Shown: positions 39,855 through 47,951 of the stretch, piece after piece | Layout of the letters: the number at the start of each line of letters is the position of its first letter | Position numbering within the stretch: position 1 is the first letter of the stretch | Source: Spirochaetales bacterium | GTDB lineage: Bacteria > Spirochaetota > Spirochaetia > SZUA-6 > RPPD01 | Reading direction: 5' to 3' | Assembly: GCA_016934415.1 (NCBI GenBank) | Contig: JAFGSW010000086.1 | Span: forward strand, 2,042 to 66,041 | Length of the DNA stretch: 64,000 bases | The notes under the pieces: model-generated | Databases searched by the model: none | What the model was told of the DNA's origin: nothing | What the model saw: the letters and a program-made list of their open reading frames with translations, nothing else | Position numbers and translations under genes: made by a program

Positions 39855-42389
39855 TTACGCATGGATTTCCACCGTAATCGGCAGCCGGTCGACCGGCGGA
39901 TGGATGACGATCCAATCGCCTTCGGTCTTCACCCGCTCGCCCCGCAGCTCCTCGCCGTTCGCGGTCACGCGGCCGGGCGGAGCCGTGTTCCCGAAGCGGG
40001 CCAGGCGGAGCACGACCGAGGAGAACCGGCCGAGCGGCGCCGTCTTGAGGCCGTCGGTCTGCTCGATCAAAACCGACGTCCGCCCATCGGCTTCATGCCC
40101 GGAAACGCCGACCAGCGAGTATTGTTTTTCGGCATAGGCCAGGGTTTCGCCGTCGTCCAGGTAAAGCTCGCCGGAGAAGGAGGCCGCCGGGAAAACGTCG
40201 AGGGAGAGGGTTTGCTCGTATAGTTGGTCCGATGAGGTGAAGGCGCCGGGCTTGCTCGCGAGCAGCGGCAGCACCGCCCCCCGGCGTACGAACAGGAGCA
40301 GGCGAGCGAGCGGCACGTCGAAGGTTTCCTCCTTTCCGCCCTGGTGGATCTCGTGCGTCCGGTACTCCACCCATTCAGTGGAGGGCGCTTGAGGGGAACC
40401 CGGGAAATAAACGTCCCGGCCGAACCGGCCTTTCTCGAGCACCGGCGCGACGAGCAGGTCGCCGCCGCAGAGGTATTCCGTGTCCGCGACGCCGGGTCGC
40501 ACGCAACCGGGATCGCCGGGGAAGTCGTAGGCGAGCGGCCGGCAGACCGGATCGCCGGTCACCGTGCCCTCCCGGATCGCGGCGTAGAGGTAGAGCAGGA
40601 ACGCGTAGCGCAGCCGGATAAACTCGACGGAAATCGATTCGATTTCATCGCCGAAGGCCCACATCTCCTGCGGCGGCATCCCGTTCGCCGTGTGGTTGCG
40701 GTGGAAGGGAAGGAAGGTGGCCGCCTGGAGGAAGCGGACGAAGAGCTCGGGCGTGGGCGCGCCCCAGAACCCGCCGATATCGGGTCCGGTCATGATCTGG
40801 CCGGAAAGGCCGAGGTTCATCACCATGGGCAGGCTCATGCGCAGGTGCGACCATTCGCTCTTGATGTCGCCGGTCCAGGACGATGCGAACCGCTGGATCC
40901 CGGCGTAGGACGAGCGCGTGAAGAGAAACGTTCTTTTCCCCGGGCGGAGCCGGTCCAGCCCCGCGGCCGTCGCCCGGGCCATGAGAAAGCCGTAATAGTT
41001 GTGAAGGCTCGCGTGGTCGCGGCGGGCCAGCGTTCCGCCGGCCGCTGCCGGCTCGACCGTGTGGACGACCGCGTCGGGCAGGGTGCGGCGCGCGGTGAAG
41101 GCCGCCGGCTCGTTCATGTCGATCCAGAAGCCGTCGACGAGCTTGTCCGTATGCACTTTAAATTGTTCGCCCCACCATTGCGCCGCGGCGGGCGACCCGA
41201 AATCCGGAAACGCGGCCGGCCCGGGCCAGACGGGCGCCTGCGCGATCGCGCCGTCGGGGAAGGCGAGGAAACAATCTTTCGCCTTCCCCTCGCGGTACAC
41301 GTCCCACTCCTCGTCCGCTTTCAAGCCCGGATCGGTGATGAGGACGGGATGAATGCGCCGCTCGCGCAGGCCGCTCAAGAAACCGTCAGGATCGGGAAAT
41401 CGCTCCGGGTCCCAGGTGAAGCAGCGATAGCCGCGCATGGCGCCGATGTCGACGTGCAGCGCGTCCAGAGGGATGCCCCGCTCCCGGAAGCCGCGCGCGA
41501 TCCCCCCGAGCCTATCCGCGCTCTCGTTCGCCTCCCAACGGGAATGGTGGTGGCCGAGCGCCCAGAGGGGCGGCAGGCGGTAATATCCGGTGAGGGCCGA
41601 GAATTGCCGCACCACGTCGCGAAGGCGCGGACCGCCCAGCAGGTAGAACGCGAGCGGGCCCCGCGCTGCGCCATAGCGGAAAGTCCCCGGCCGGCCGCGC
41701 CGCGGCAGCCTGAACCGGGTGTAATGCGGGTTGTCGAAGAAAAGACCGAAGGCCGAGCCGTTCTCTTCCAAAACGATCGCCAGCGGGCAGGACTGGTAGA
41801 GCGGATCCGAGCCCGGGTACATGTCCGAGAAATCGGTGTTCCACATGACGTAGGTTTCGCCGTTTTTGAAAAGCCCGCCGGTCTTTTGGCCGAAGCCGAG
41901 GGAGCGCGCGGTCCGCGGCGGCCGAAACGCGAATTCGACCCAGTCGCCCGCCATGGCGGGCCGGCCCTCCCCGAAGAGCTCATCGTCGCGGCGGCGCGCC
42001 CCGAAAAGCCCGGCCTCGAGGTCGATGACGAGCTCCGGCCCTCCGCCTGATCCGGCCGCCGCGACCGAAAGGCGCCCGCCGTGTTCCCGAACCGCGAGCG
42101 GGAGCGGGATCTTGTCGACCACGGCGTAGGAAAAATATTCCCCGTCGTAAAAAGGTGTTGTCCGGACCCGCGCAAAGGAAACCACGATTTTCAATGCTCC
42201 CGCCTGAAGGGCGGATACGTCTACCCGGGCATTCGCGAATCGGGCGGTGAAAAGCGCGCCGCTTTCGTCGAGACCGTATTCGCGCAACCCGCCGAGCGTC
42301 CGGCGGGGCAGGCCGGGGAAGCGGCGGTTGAGCAGGGGCTGCAGCACGTGGGTGGCGAGCTTGACTTTTAAAAAGGTTGCGAGGTCCAC
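39855..42389 (-). CDS. Glycoside hydrolase family 31 alpha-glucosidase
   Basis: GFWIDMNEPA catalytic-nucleophile region and GH31 WTGD motif. GTG start with a GAGGA RBS. 844 aa. Confidence 0.9.
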   Translation of the reverse strand: MDLATFLKVKLATHVLQPLLNRRFPGLPRRTLGGLREYGLDESGALFTARFANARVDVSALQAGALKIVVSFARVRTTPFYDGEYFSYAVVDKIPLPLAVREHGGRLSVAAAGSGGGPELVIDLEAGLFGARRRDDELFGEGRPAMAGDWVEFAFRPPRTARSLGFGQKTGGLFKNGETYVMWNTDFSDMYPGSDPLYQSCPLAIVLEENGSAFGLFFDNPHYTRFRLPRRGRPGTFRYGAARGPLAFYLLGGPRLRDVVRQFSALTGYYRLPPLWALGHHHSRWEANESADRLGGIARGFRERGIPLDALHVDIGAMRGYRCFTWDPERFPDPDGFLSGLRERRIHPVLITDPGLKADEEWDVYREGKAKDCFLAFPDGAIAQAPVWPGPAAFPDFGSPAAAQWWGEQFKVHTDKLVDGFWIDMNEPAAFTARRTLPDAVVHTVEPAAAGGTLARRDHASLHNYYGFLMARATAAGLDRLRPGKRTFLFTRSSYAGIQRFASSWTGDIKSEWSHLRMSLPMVMNLGLSGQIMTGPDIGGFWGAPTPELFVRFLQAATFLPFHRNHTANGMPPQEMWAFGDEIESISVEFIRLRYAFLLYLYAAIREGTVTGDPVCRPLAYDFPGDPGCVRPGVADTEYLCGGDLLVAPVLEKGRFGRDVYFPGSPQAPSTEWVEYRTHEIHQGGKEETFDVPLARLLLFVRRGAVLPLLASKPGAFTSSDQLYEQTLSLDVFPAASFSGELYLDDGETLAYAEKQYSLVGVSGHEADGRTSVLIEQTDGLKTAPLGRFSSVVLRLARFGNTAPPGRVTANGEELRGERVKTEGDWIVIHPPVDRLPITVEIHA

Positions 42390-42396
42390 GTCGTCC

Positions 42397-44628
42397 TCAC
42401 TTTCTCTTTTTCCCCCGGTCCTGACCGCGCGCCTGAAACATCAGTCCGGCGATCGAGGCCAGCGACGCGAGCATGAGAAGAATCCGCACCGGCAGGGGAT
42501 TGGCGATCGACTCCGCACCTCCGTACAAAAGGCACATTGCGACGATGAGGGCGGCGATGAATCCCCCCGCCTTCGCCGAGAGGGCGGCGGCGAAGAACAT
42601 CGGGTCCCGTCGTTCATTTGTTTTATCTCGCGCGGTGGCGGCCGCGTCGGCGGTGAAGAGGAGGGACAAGGCGAGGAGCAGGGCGATGGGAAAGGCGAGG
42701 AGAATCAGGGCCGCCAGGCCCCAGATCCAGGGCAGGGGATACCGGTAGGTCGTTACGCGTCCCTGGGCGAGCTCCGTGACGCCGCTCGCGGTCACGAACC
42801 AGGTCGAGCCGTTACGCGCGAAGAGCACGTCCTCCACCTTGTCGGCGGCCAGCCCGTCGGCCCGCGTCAGGACGCGTTTCCCCGCCGGGCCGGAGATGAA
42901 GCAGCCTGAGTCGGTGGCGACGAACAGCCGGCCGTCGGGAGCGGTTCTGATCGCGCGGACTGCGTCGCTCGGCAGGCCGTCGGCGCTCGTCAGATAAGTC
43001 CAGGCGGTTCCGGAAAGGCGGGCCACGCCCCGGTACGTACCCAGGAAGACGACGCCGTCCTCGCCGATTTCCAAGGAAGTGATCGTATCATCCTTCAGGC
43101 CCTTTCCCGTTGTGTACTCGGTCCAGTCGGACCCGCTCAGGCGATAGGCGCCCCTTTCCGTGCCCACCCAGAGATCGCCCTCCGGGCTCAAGCCGAAGGC
43201 GGTGAGCGGCGCCGCGGGATCTTTCCCGCCGGGCCGCTTCGGCGCGAATTCCACCCAGCGCGAGTTCTCGCGGTCGAGGAGCGAGACGCCGACGGGCGTC
43301 AGGAACCAGACGGCGCCGCCGCGCTGCATCACGGCGATCACCCGGTTGTCGATCAATCCGGAGGCCTTGGAATAGTGGGTCCAGGCCGCGCCGTCGAAGA
43401 AGCTGGCGCCGCCTTCCGTGGCGAACCAGACGCCGCCGTCCCCGGCCGAGATCGAATTGATGCGGTCGTCGATCAGCCCCTCCCGCCGGGTGACCTGCGA
43501 CCAGGCGCCCGCTGCGAAGCGGGAGGCGCCGCGCTTGGTGCCGATCCAGACGCCGCCGTCGGGAGCCTGGGCCGCGGAGACGGCGCAGTTCCAGCGCAGG
43601 CCCGATTCGTCGGGCGCGAATCCGGTCGCGGCGAGGACGAGAAGTCCCGCGGCGAGCGCGGCCGATCCCGCCACGCCCAGCTTTCTCTTGTCCAGTTTCG
43701 CCGCAAGCGGCCGGAGGAACGGCGGGAAAATGAGCCCCGCCGCCAGGAAGGCGACGACGGAAAGGCGTGTGAATTCCGCGTCCACGAGCATCAGGTCCCG
43801 GCCGACGAAATAAAGCGACGCGGCCAGGGCGGCGAGCGCGAAGGATACGCACGCTTCGGCGCGCAGGAAGCGGGAGAAGGCGCGGTGTGACGCCGCCGTC
43901 CTCAATGCGCGCGCGGCGGCCGCGGGAAAAGACGCGTCGTGCCGCCGGGATGAATCTTTGGCCGGCTTCTCGCGCACGGTGAAGAAGGCGACGCTCACGA
44001 TGACGGCCGCCGGGAGTATCAGGAGAAAGACCGACCACTGGAACGAAGCGGTCGGGTCGAGGCCGGGGAACATGGTGAAGAAACCGGGGAGGAGGGCGAC
44101 CGGGAGGAGCGCGCCCGCGAACAGCAACGCGGTCTGGAGCGCCGCCAGGGACGCGCGATCCGCATCCACGGGCAGACTCGAGTAGCCCAGCGACAGGTAC
44201 GGAGCGAACGATACGGCCGCTCCGGCGCCCGCGGCCAGCGAAAAAAGGAACACCAGGACGAGGTTGACCGCGGCCGGACCGGCCGCGAACGGCAGAAAAA
44301 CCAGAAGCGAGGAAAGCGCGAGCAGCGGCAGGCCGGCGAGGAGAAACGCCCGGCGTCCGCCCAGAGCCGTGCGTGATCTGCCGGCTTGAAAGGCGGCGAG
44401 CGGCGAGACGACCGCGAAGGCGAGAAGCCCGAGGAGCGCGGCAAACCAGAGGGAGCGGATGTTGTCCGGGGGAAGTGCGGGCAGAAAGCGGGGCAGGCCG
44501 TCCTTGAGGCGTTCGAGCGGTGGTGAGAAAAACGCGGCGCCGCCCGCCGTCAGGGAGACGAGGATCAGGCCGTAGCCGGCGGTGGAGAACGCGTACAGAA
44601 AGAATCGTAGCCCGCGTAATCGTTTCAC
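42397..44628 (-). CDS. Polytopic membrane protein (MFS-like N-terminal ~9 TM) with a periplasmic beta-propeller of two-component-regulator-propeller-type repeats and 3 C-terminal TM helices
   Basis: Likely GTG start at 44628 with a GAGGAGG RBS; the ORF-track N-terminus MLYFILVYFIV is translated promoter DNA. Repeats DGGVWIGTKRGASRF / DGGVWFATEGGASFF / DLWVGTERGAYRL. Ends 8 bp before the GH31 start. Confidence 0.6.
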   Translation of the reverse strand: MKRLRGLRFFLYAFSTAGYGLILVSLTAGGAAFFSPPLERLKDGLPRFLPALPPDNIRSLWFAALLGLLAFAVVSPLAAFQAGRSRTALGGRRAFLLAGLPLLALSSLLVFLPFAAGPAAVNLVLVFLFSLAAGAGAAVSFAPYLSLGYSSLPVDADRASLAALQTALLFAGALLPVALLPGFFTMFPGLDPTASFQWSVFLLILPAAVIVSVAFFTVREKPAKDSSRRHDASFPAAAARALRTAASHRAFSRFLRAEACVSFALAALAASLYFVGRDLMLVDAEFTRLSVVAFLAAGLIFPPFLRPLAAKLDKRKLGVAGSAALAAGLLVLAATGFAPDESGLRWNCAVSAAQAPDGGVWIGTKRGASRFAAGAWSQVTRREGLIDDRINSISAGDGGVWFATEGGASFFDGAAWTHYSKASGLIDNRVIAVMQRGGAVWFLTPVGVSLLDRENSRWVEFAPKRPGGKDPAAPLTAFGLSPEGDLWVGTERGAYRLSGSDWTEYTTGKGLKDDTITSLEIGEDGVVFLGTYRGVARLSGTAWTYLTSADGLPSDAVRAIRTAPDGRLFVATDSGCFISGPAGKRVLTRADGLAADKVEDVLFARNGSTWFVTASGVTELAQGRVTTYRYPLPWIWGLAALILLAFPIALLLALSLLFTADAAATARDKTNERRDPMFFAAALSAKAGGFIAALIVAMCLLYGGAESIANPLPVRILLMLASLASIAGLMFQARGQDRGKKRK

Positions 44629-44871
44629 CGACGCCTCCTCGTTTTTTTTTATGCGGGCGCCGAAGCGCTCGACGACGGCCGGGGCGACCCGGTCCCGTCC
44701 GCTCCCCGGCCCGGAGTCAGAATAATCGGAAATGAAAAAAGAATCAACAAATCCGGGCTTGACAAGTACTATAAAATATACTAATATAAAATATAGCAAT
44801 ACGCGAAGGAGAGGGCGCTGCGTACTGGGGGGGCCCTCTCCTTTTCCATTGCGTCACCCGGGGGAGGGGCG

Positions 44872-45387
44872 GTGTCGTCGATTGATCTCGTGCTGCTGGG
44901 TCTTCTGGCCCGGCAGCGGCGGAGCGCCTACGATCTGGCCAAGGAAATAGCGCGGTACGAGCTTGACGGCGTCGTCCGCTTGAGCATCCCGGCCATCTAT
45001 AAAAACGTCAAACACCTGGAAGAGCGGCGCTACCTCGAGCGGCGCGAAACGCGCCGCGGCGAGATGCCGGAGAAGACGATCTACTCGCTCACCGCCCTCG
45101 GCCGCGAGCGGTTCCTCGCGCTCATGGAGCAATGCGCGGCGGAGAAGGTCCGCTATCGATTCGATTTCAATCCGGTCATCCTCAATCTGGACGGCGTGCC
45201 GAAACAGCGGCGCGGGAAGCTGCTTCGCCTCATGAAGGAGAGCCTGGCGGCGGGGAGAAAAGAGCTGGAGGAATCGCTTGAGGCGTGGAAGGAAAAATCG
45301 ACCACCGCCGGCCTCATTCTGGGACAGGTGGAGTCGGTGAGCCGGGCGCTGGGCGAATGGATCGACGACGCGTTGAAGAAAACGTGA
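44872..45387 (+). CDS. PadR-family transcriptional regulator
   Basis: LVLLGLLARQRRSAYDLAKEI ... IPAIYKNVKHLEERRYLERRE winged-helix signature. Confidence 0.8.
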   Translation: MSSIDLVLLGLLARQRRSAYDLAKEIARYELDGVVRLSIPAIYKNVKHLEERRYLERRETRRGEMPEKTIYSLTALGRERFLALMEQCAAEKVRYRFDFNPVILNLDGVPKQRRGKLLRLMKESLAAGRKELEESLEAWKEKSTTAGLILGQVESVSRALGEWIDDALKKT

Positions 45388-45393
45388 CGTATT

Positions 45394-45490
45394 GTAGAGA
45401 CGCGCGGCCGTGGGTTGCTACAATTTCAATCGCCCGTGTGGTTTTTCAAGTATAGATATAGCGTAGAGACGCACGGCCGTGCGTCTCTAC
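45394..45490. promoter_or_regulatory. Two copies of GTAGAGACGCRCGGCCGTG; the second is a perfect 28-bp palindrome
   Basis: Copy 1 at 45394-45421 is an imperfect palindrome. Copy 2 at 45463-45490 is gtagagacgcac-ggcc-gtgcgtctctac. Between the convergent PadR and HD-GYP genes. Confidence 0.5.
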
Positions 45491-45507
45491 GATTCAATCC
45501 CGCGTGA

Positions 45508-47883
45508 TCATTTTTTGAATGTATACCCTTTTTCAATGAATAACCGTAGACAGGCGTCCACCGCGGACGGCTCGTACAGCGTGTTCTTGTTCTGCACGAT
45601 CTCGGCAAGCGCCATTTCGATGCCCAGCGATTCCCGGTACGGCCGGTGCGAAGCCATCGCCTCGACGACGTCCGCCACGGAGAGGATGCGGGCCTCCAGG
45701 CTGATCTGATCGCCTGAGAGGCCGCGCGGGTAGCCGGAACCGTCGAGCCGCTCGTGGTGCTGATAGACGATCTCGGCGATCGGCCAGGGGAAATCCACGT
45801 TTTTCAGGATGTCGAACGCTACTTGCGGATGGCGCTTGATCATGCTGAACTCGATGTCGTCCAAAATGCCCGACCGGTTGAGGATTTCGGACGGCACGTA
45901 GATTTTTCCCAGGTCGTGGATGATGCCCGCCATGCGGATGCACTCGATCTGCGACGGGGAGAGCCCCATTTCCTGGGCGATGTTGCGCGCCAGGTCCGAG
46001 ACGCGGTGCTGGTGCCCGGCGGTGTACGGATCGCGCGTCTCCACGGTCAGCGACATGGTCTGGATGAAACCGGCCATGGCGTGGCGCAGGGTGTCCAGCG
46101 TGCGGCCGAGGTCGTTTTTCTGCACCTGGAGCTCCTTGTAATGGATGGCCGCCTCCATGGCGCCGCCGATGATGTCGCTCAAGAAGGTGATGAAGCGCAG
46201 GCGCTTCGGCTCGACCGGGAAGAGGACGAAACCGATCCGCTTGAGCGACTTGACGATGACGTGCCGGGGCTCCGCGTCGGAGAGAAAATCGTCGGGGACG
46301 AGGTCCCGCGCGGGATAGACGGCGCGCGCAGGGTCCGATTCGATCCGCGTCCCGTCCCTGAAGGCGAGGAGGGAGCGGGCCAGCGCGCGGTCCGAATCGT
46401 ACAGGGCGATATAGCAGTCCTTTAGCTCCACCTCGGGCAGGCGATAGGCGAGGATGCCCATCTGCCGCTCGATGTCGAGGGTGACGATGATCTCGCGGAT
46501 GAGCTGCAGGGAGCGGCTCTCCTGAAGGTAGCCCATGAGACGGTCCCGCTCGCTCTGAATGGCCTGCCGGCCCAGATCCATCACCGCCTTGAAGCACTCG
46601 TCGCGGATCTCGGCGGGCATGTGCCGGTCGCCGTCGGGCGAGGCGCGGTCCGGCCATAACCCGTACAGCAATTCCTGAAACACGGAAAAATCGAGACCTG
46701 ATACCGAGGACTGCCGCGCGATCTCGCCGCAGGTCCAGGCGAATCGTTTTTCATCCCCTGCCTCGAACCCGTGCCGGAGGGATTCGACGAGCGAGGAGGC
46801 CAGGGCGGAGACGCTGCGTCCGGCGGCTCCCCGCGCGTCCTTCGCTCCCCGGACAGGGTGCGGGGCATCCGCCCATACGGCGACGGCCGGCGGCGTCTCT
46901 ATTCTCTTGCCCGGGACGGGATCCGCCCTGCCGCCGGTGCATCCGCAGGAGCGCCTGATGACCGGGACGGTCGGCAGCAGGGTTCGAGAGGGAACCGGTT
47001 TTCCCGCGAGAACCTCGACGAGCAGGCGCGCCGCGTTCCAGCCTTTTTCCCACACCGGCTGGCGCACGGTGGTGAGCGGCGGCTCGCTGTAGCCGGCGAT
47101 TTCCAGGTCGTCGAAGCCGGTGATGCTCAAGCGGCCGATCCTCTCCGGATCGCGCCGGGACAAGGTTTCGAGCGCGCCCACGGCCATGCTGTCGTTGGCG
47201 GCCACGATCGCGTCCACGCCGTCCAGACCCCGGCTCAGGAAATAATCCATGGCGTCCCGGCCCGAATCGGGGGTGAAGGAGCCCTGGTAGACCAGCTCAG
47301 GATCGAGGGGCAGCGAATGGTCTCCCAGGGCCTCGACGAAGGTTTCGTACCGCTCGGCCGCGTCCGGGTTGCCGTCCGTTCCCCGGATGAAGGCGAAGCG
47401 GCGCGCCTGGTGGCGATCAATGAGGTGGTCGATGAGATCGCGGAATCCCTGACGGTTGTCGGTCATGATCGAGGGCATGGAGGAGAGCTCCGCGCCGACG
47501 CTCACGGCCGGCAGGCCGGCGAAGCGCCCGCAGAAATCGGCGAAGGAGGAAAGTCCGACGTAGCGCGAGAGAGGGGCGGAGAGGATCACGAGGCCGTCGA
47601 CGGTTTCGCTTCCGGCCAGGTCGTAGACGGCGTTGCGCTGCAATTCGTATTCGTCCTGCGCCTTGAGGGCGCCGCCTTCGAAGAAGACGCAATTCATCCC
47701 GTGCTCGTGGACGTAATCCAGTATCCCGTTCAGGAGCAGGAATTGATAGTTGTCCGTCGTCCAGTCGATGAAGATGCCGATGGTCGTTCTTTTTCTGCTC
47801 CGATCTCCCATGTCGCCTTCCCGGCCCCCTCCGTCGGATGACCGTTCATTGGAATTATACGAACATCCGGCGTCGCGATTCAA
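45508..47883 (-). CDS. LacI-type sugar-binding-domain sensor fused to an HD-GYP c-di-GMP phosphodiesterase
   Basis: N-terminal Peripla_BP-like domain (TTIGIFIDWTTDNYQF...DAIVAANDSMAVGALETL) with no signal peptide. C-terminal HD-GYP (HHERLDGSGYPRGLSGDQIS). An alternative start lies at 47811. Confidence 0.8.
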   Translation of the reverse strand: MNRDAGCSYNSNERSSDGGGREGDMGDRSRKRTTIGIFIDWTTDNYQFLLLNGILDYVHEHGMNCVFFEGGALKAQDEYELQRNAVYDLAGSETVDGLVILSAPLSRYVGLSSFADFCGRFAGLPAVSVGAELSSMPSIMTDNRQGFRDLIDHLIDRHQARRFAFIRGTDGNPDAAERYETFVEALGDHSLPLDPELVYQGSFTPDSGRDAMDYFLSRGLDGVDAIVAANDSMAVGALETLSRRDPERIGRLSITGFDDLEIAGYSEPPLTTVRQPVWEKGWNAARLLVEVLAGKPVPSRTLLPTVPVIRRSCGCTGGRADPVPGKRIETPPAVAVWADAPHPVRGAKDARGAAGRSVSALASSLVESLRHGFEAGDEKRFAWTCGEIARQSSVSGLDFSVFQELLYGLWPDRASPDGDRHMPAEIRDECFKAVMDLGRQAIQSERDRLMGYLQESRSLQLIREIIVTLDIERQMGILAYRLPEVELKDCYIALYDSDRALARSLLAFRDGTRIESDPARAVYPARDLVPDDFLSDAEPRHVIVKSLKRIGFVLFPVEPKRLRFITFLSDIIGGAMEAAIHYKELQVQKNDLGRTLDTLRHAMAGFIQTMSLTVETRDPYTAGHQHRVSDLARNIAQEMGLSPSQIECIRMAGIIHDLGKIYVPSEILNRSGILDDIEFSMIKRHPQVAFDILKNVDFPWPIAEIVYQHHERLDGSGYPRGLSGDQISLEARILSVADVVEAMASHRPYRESLGIEMALAEIVQNKNTLYEPSAVDACLRLFIEKGYTFKK

Positions 47884-47951
47884 ATGAATTCATCGCCGCA
47901 TCGCATCGAATTTCTGGACAGGAAAAAGAGTGATGTGTTAAGCTTCTGGGG

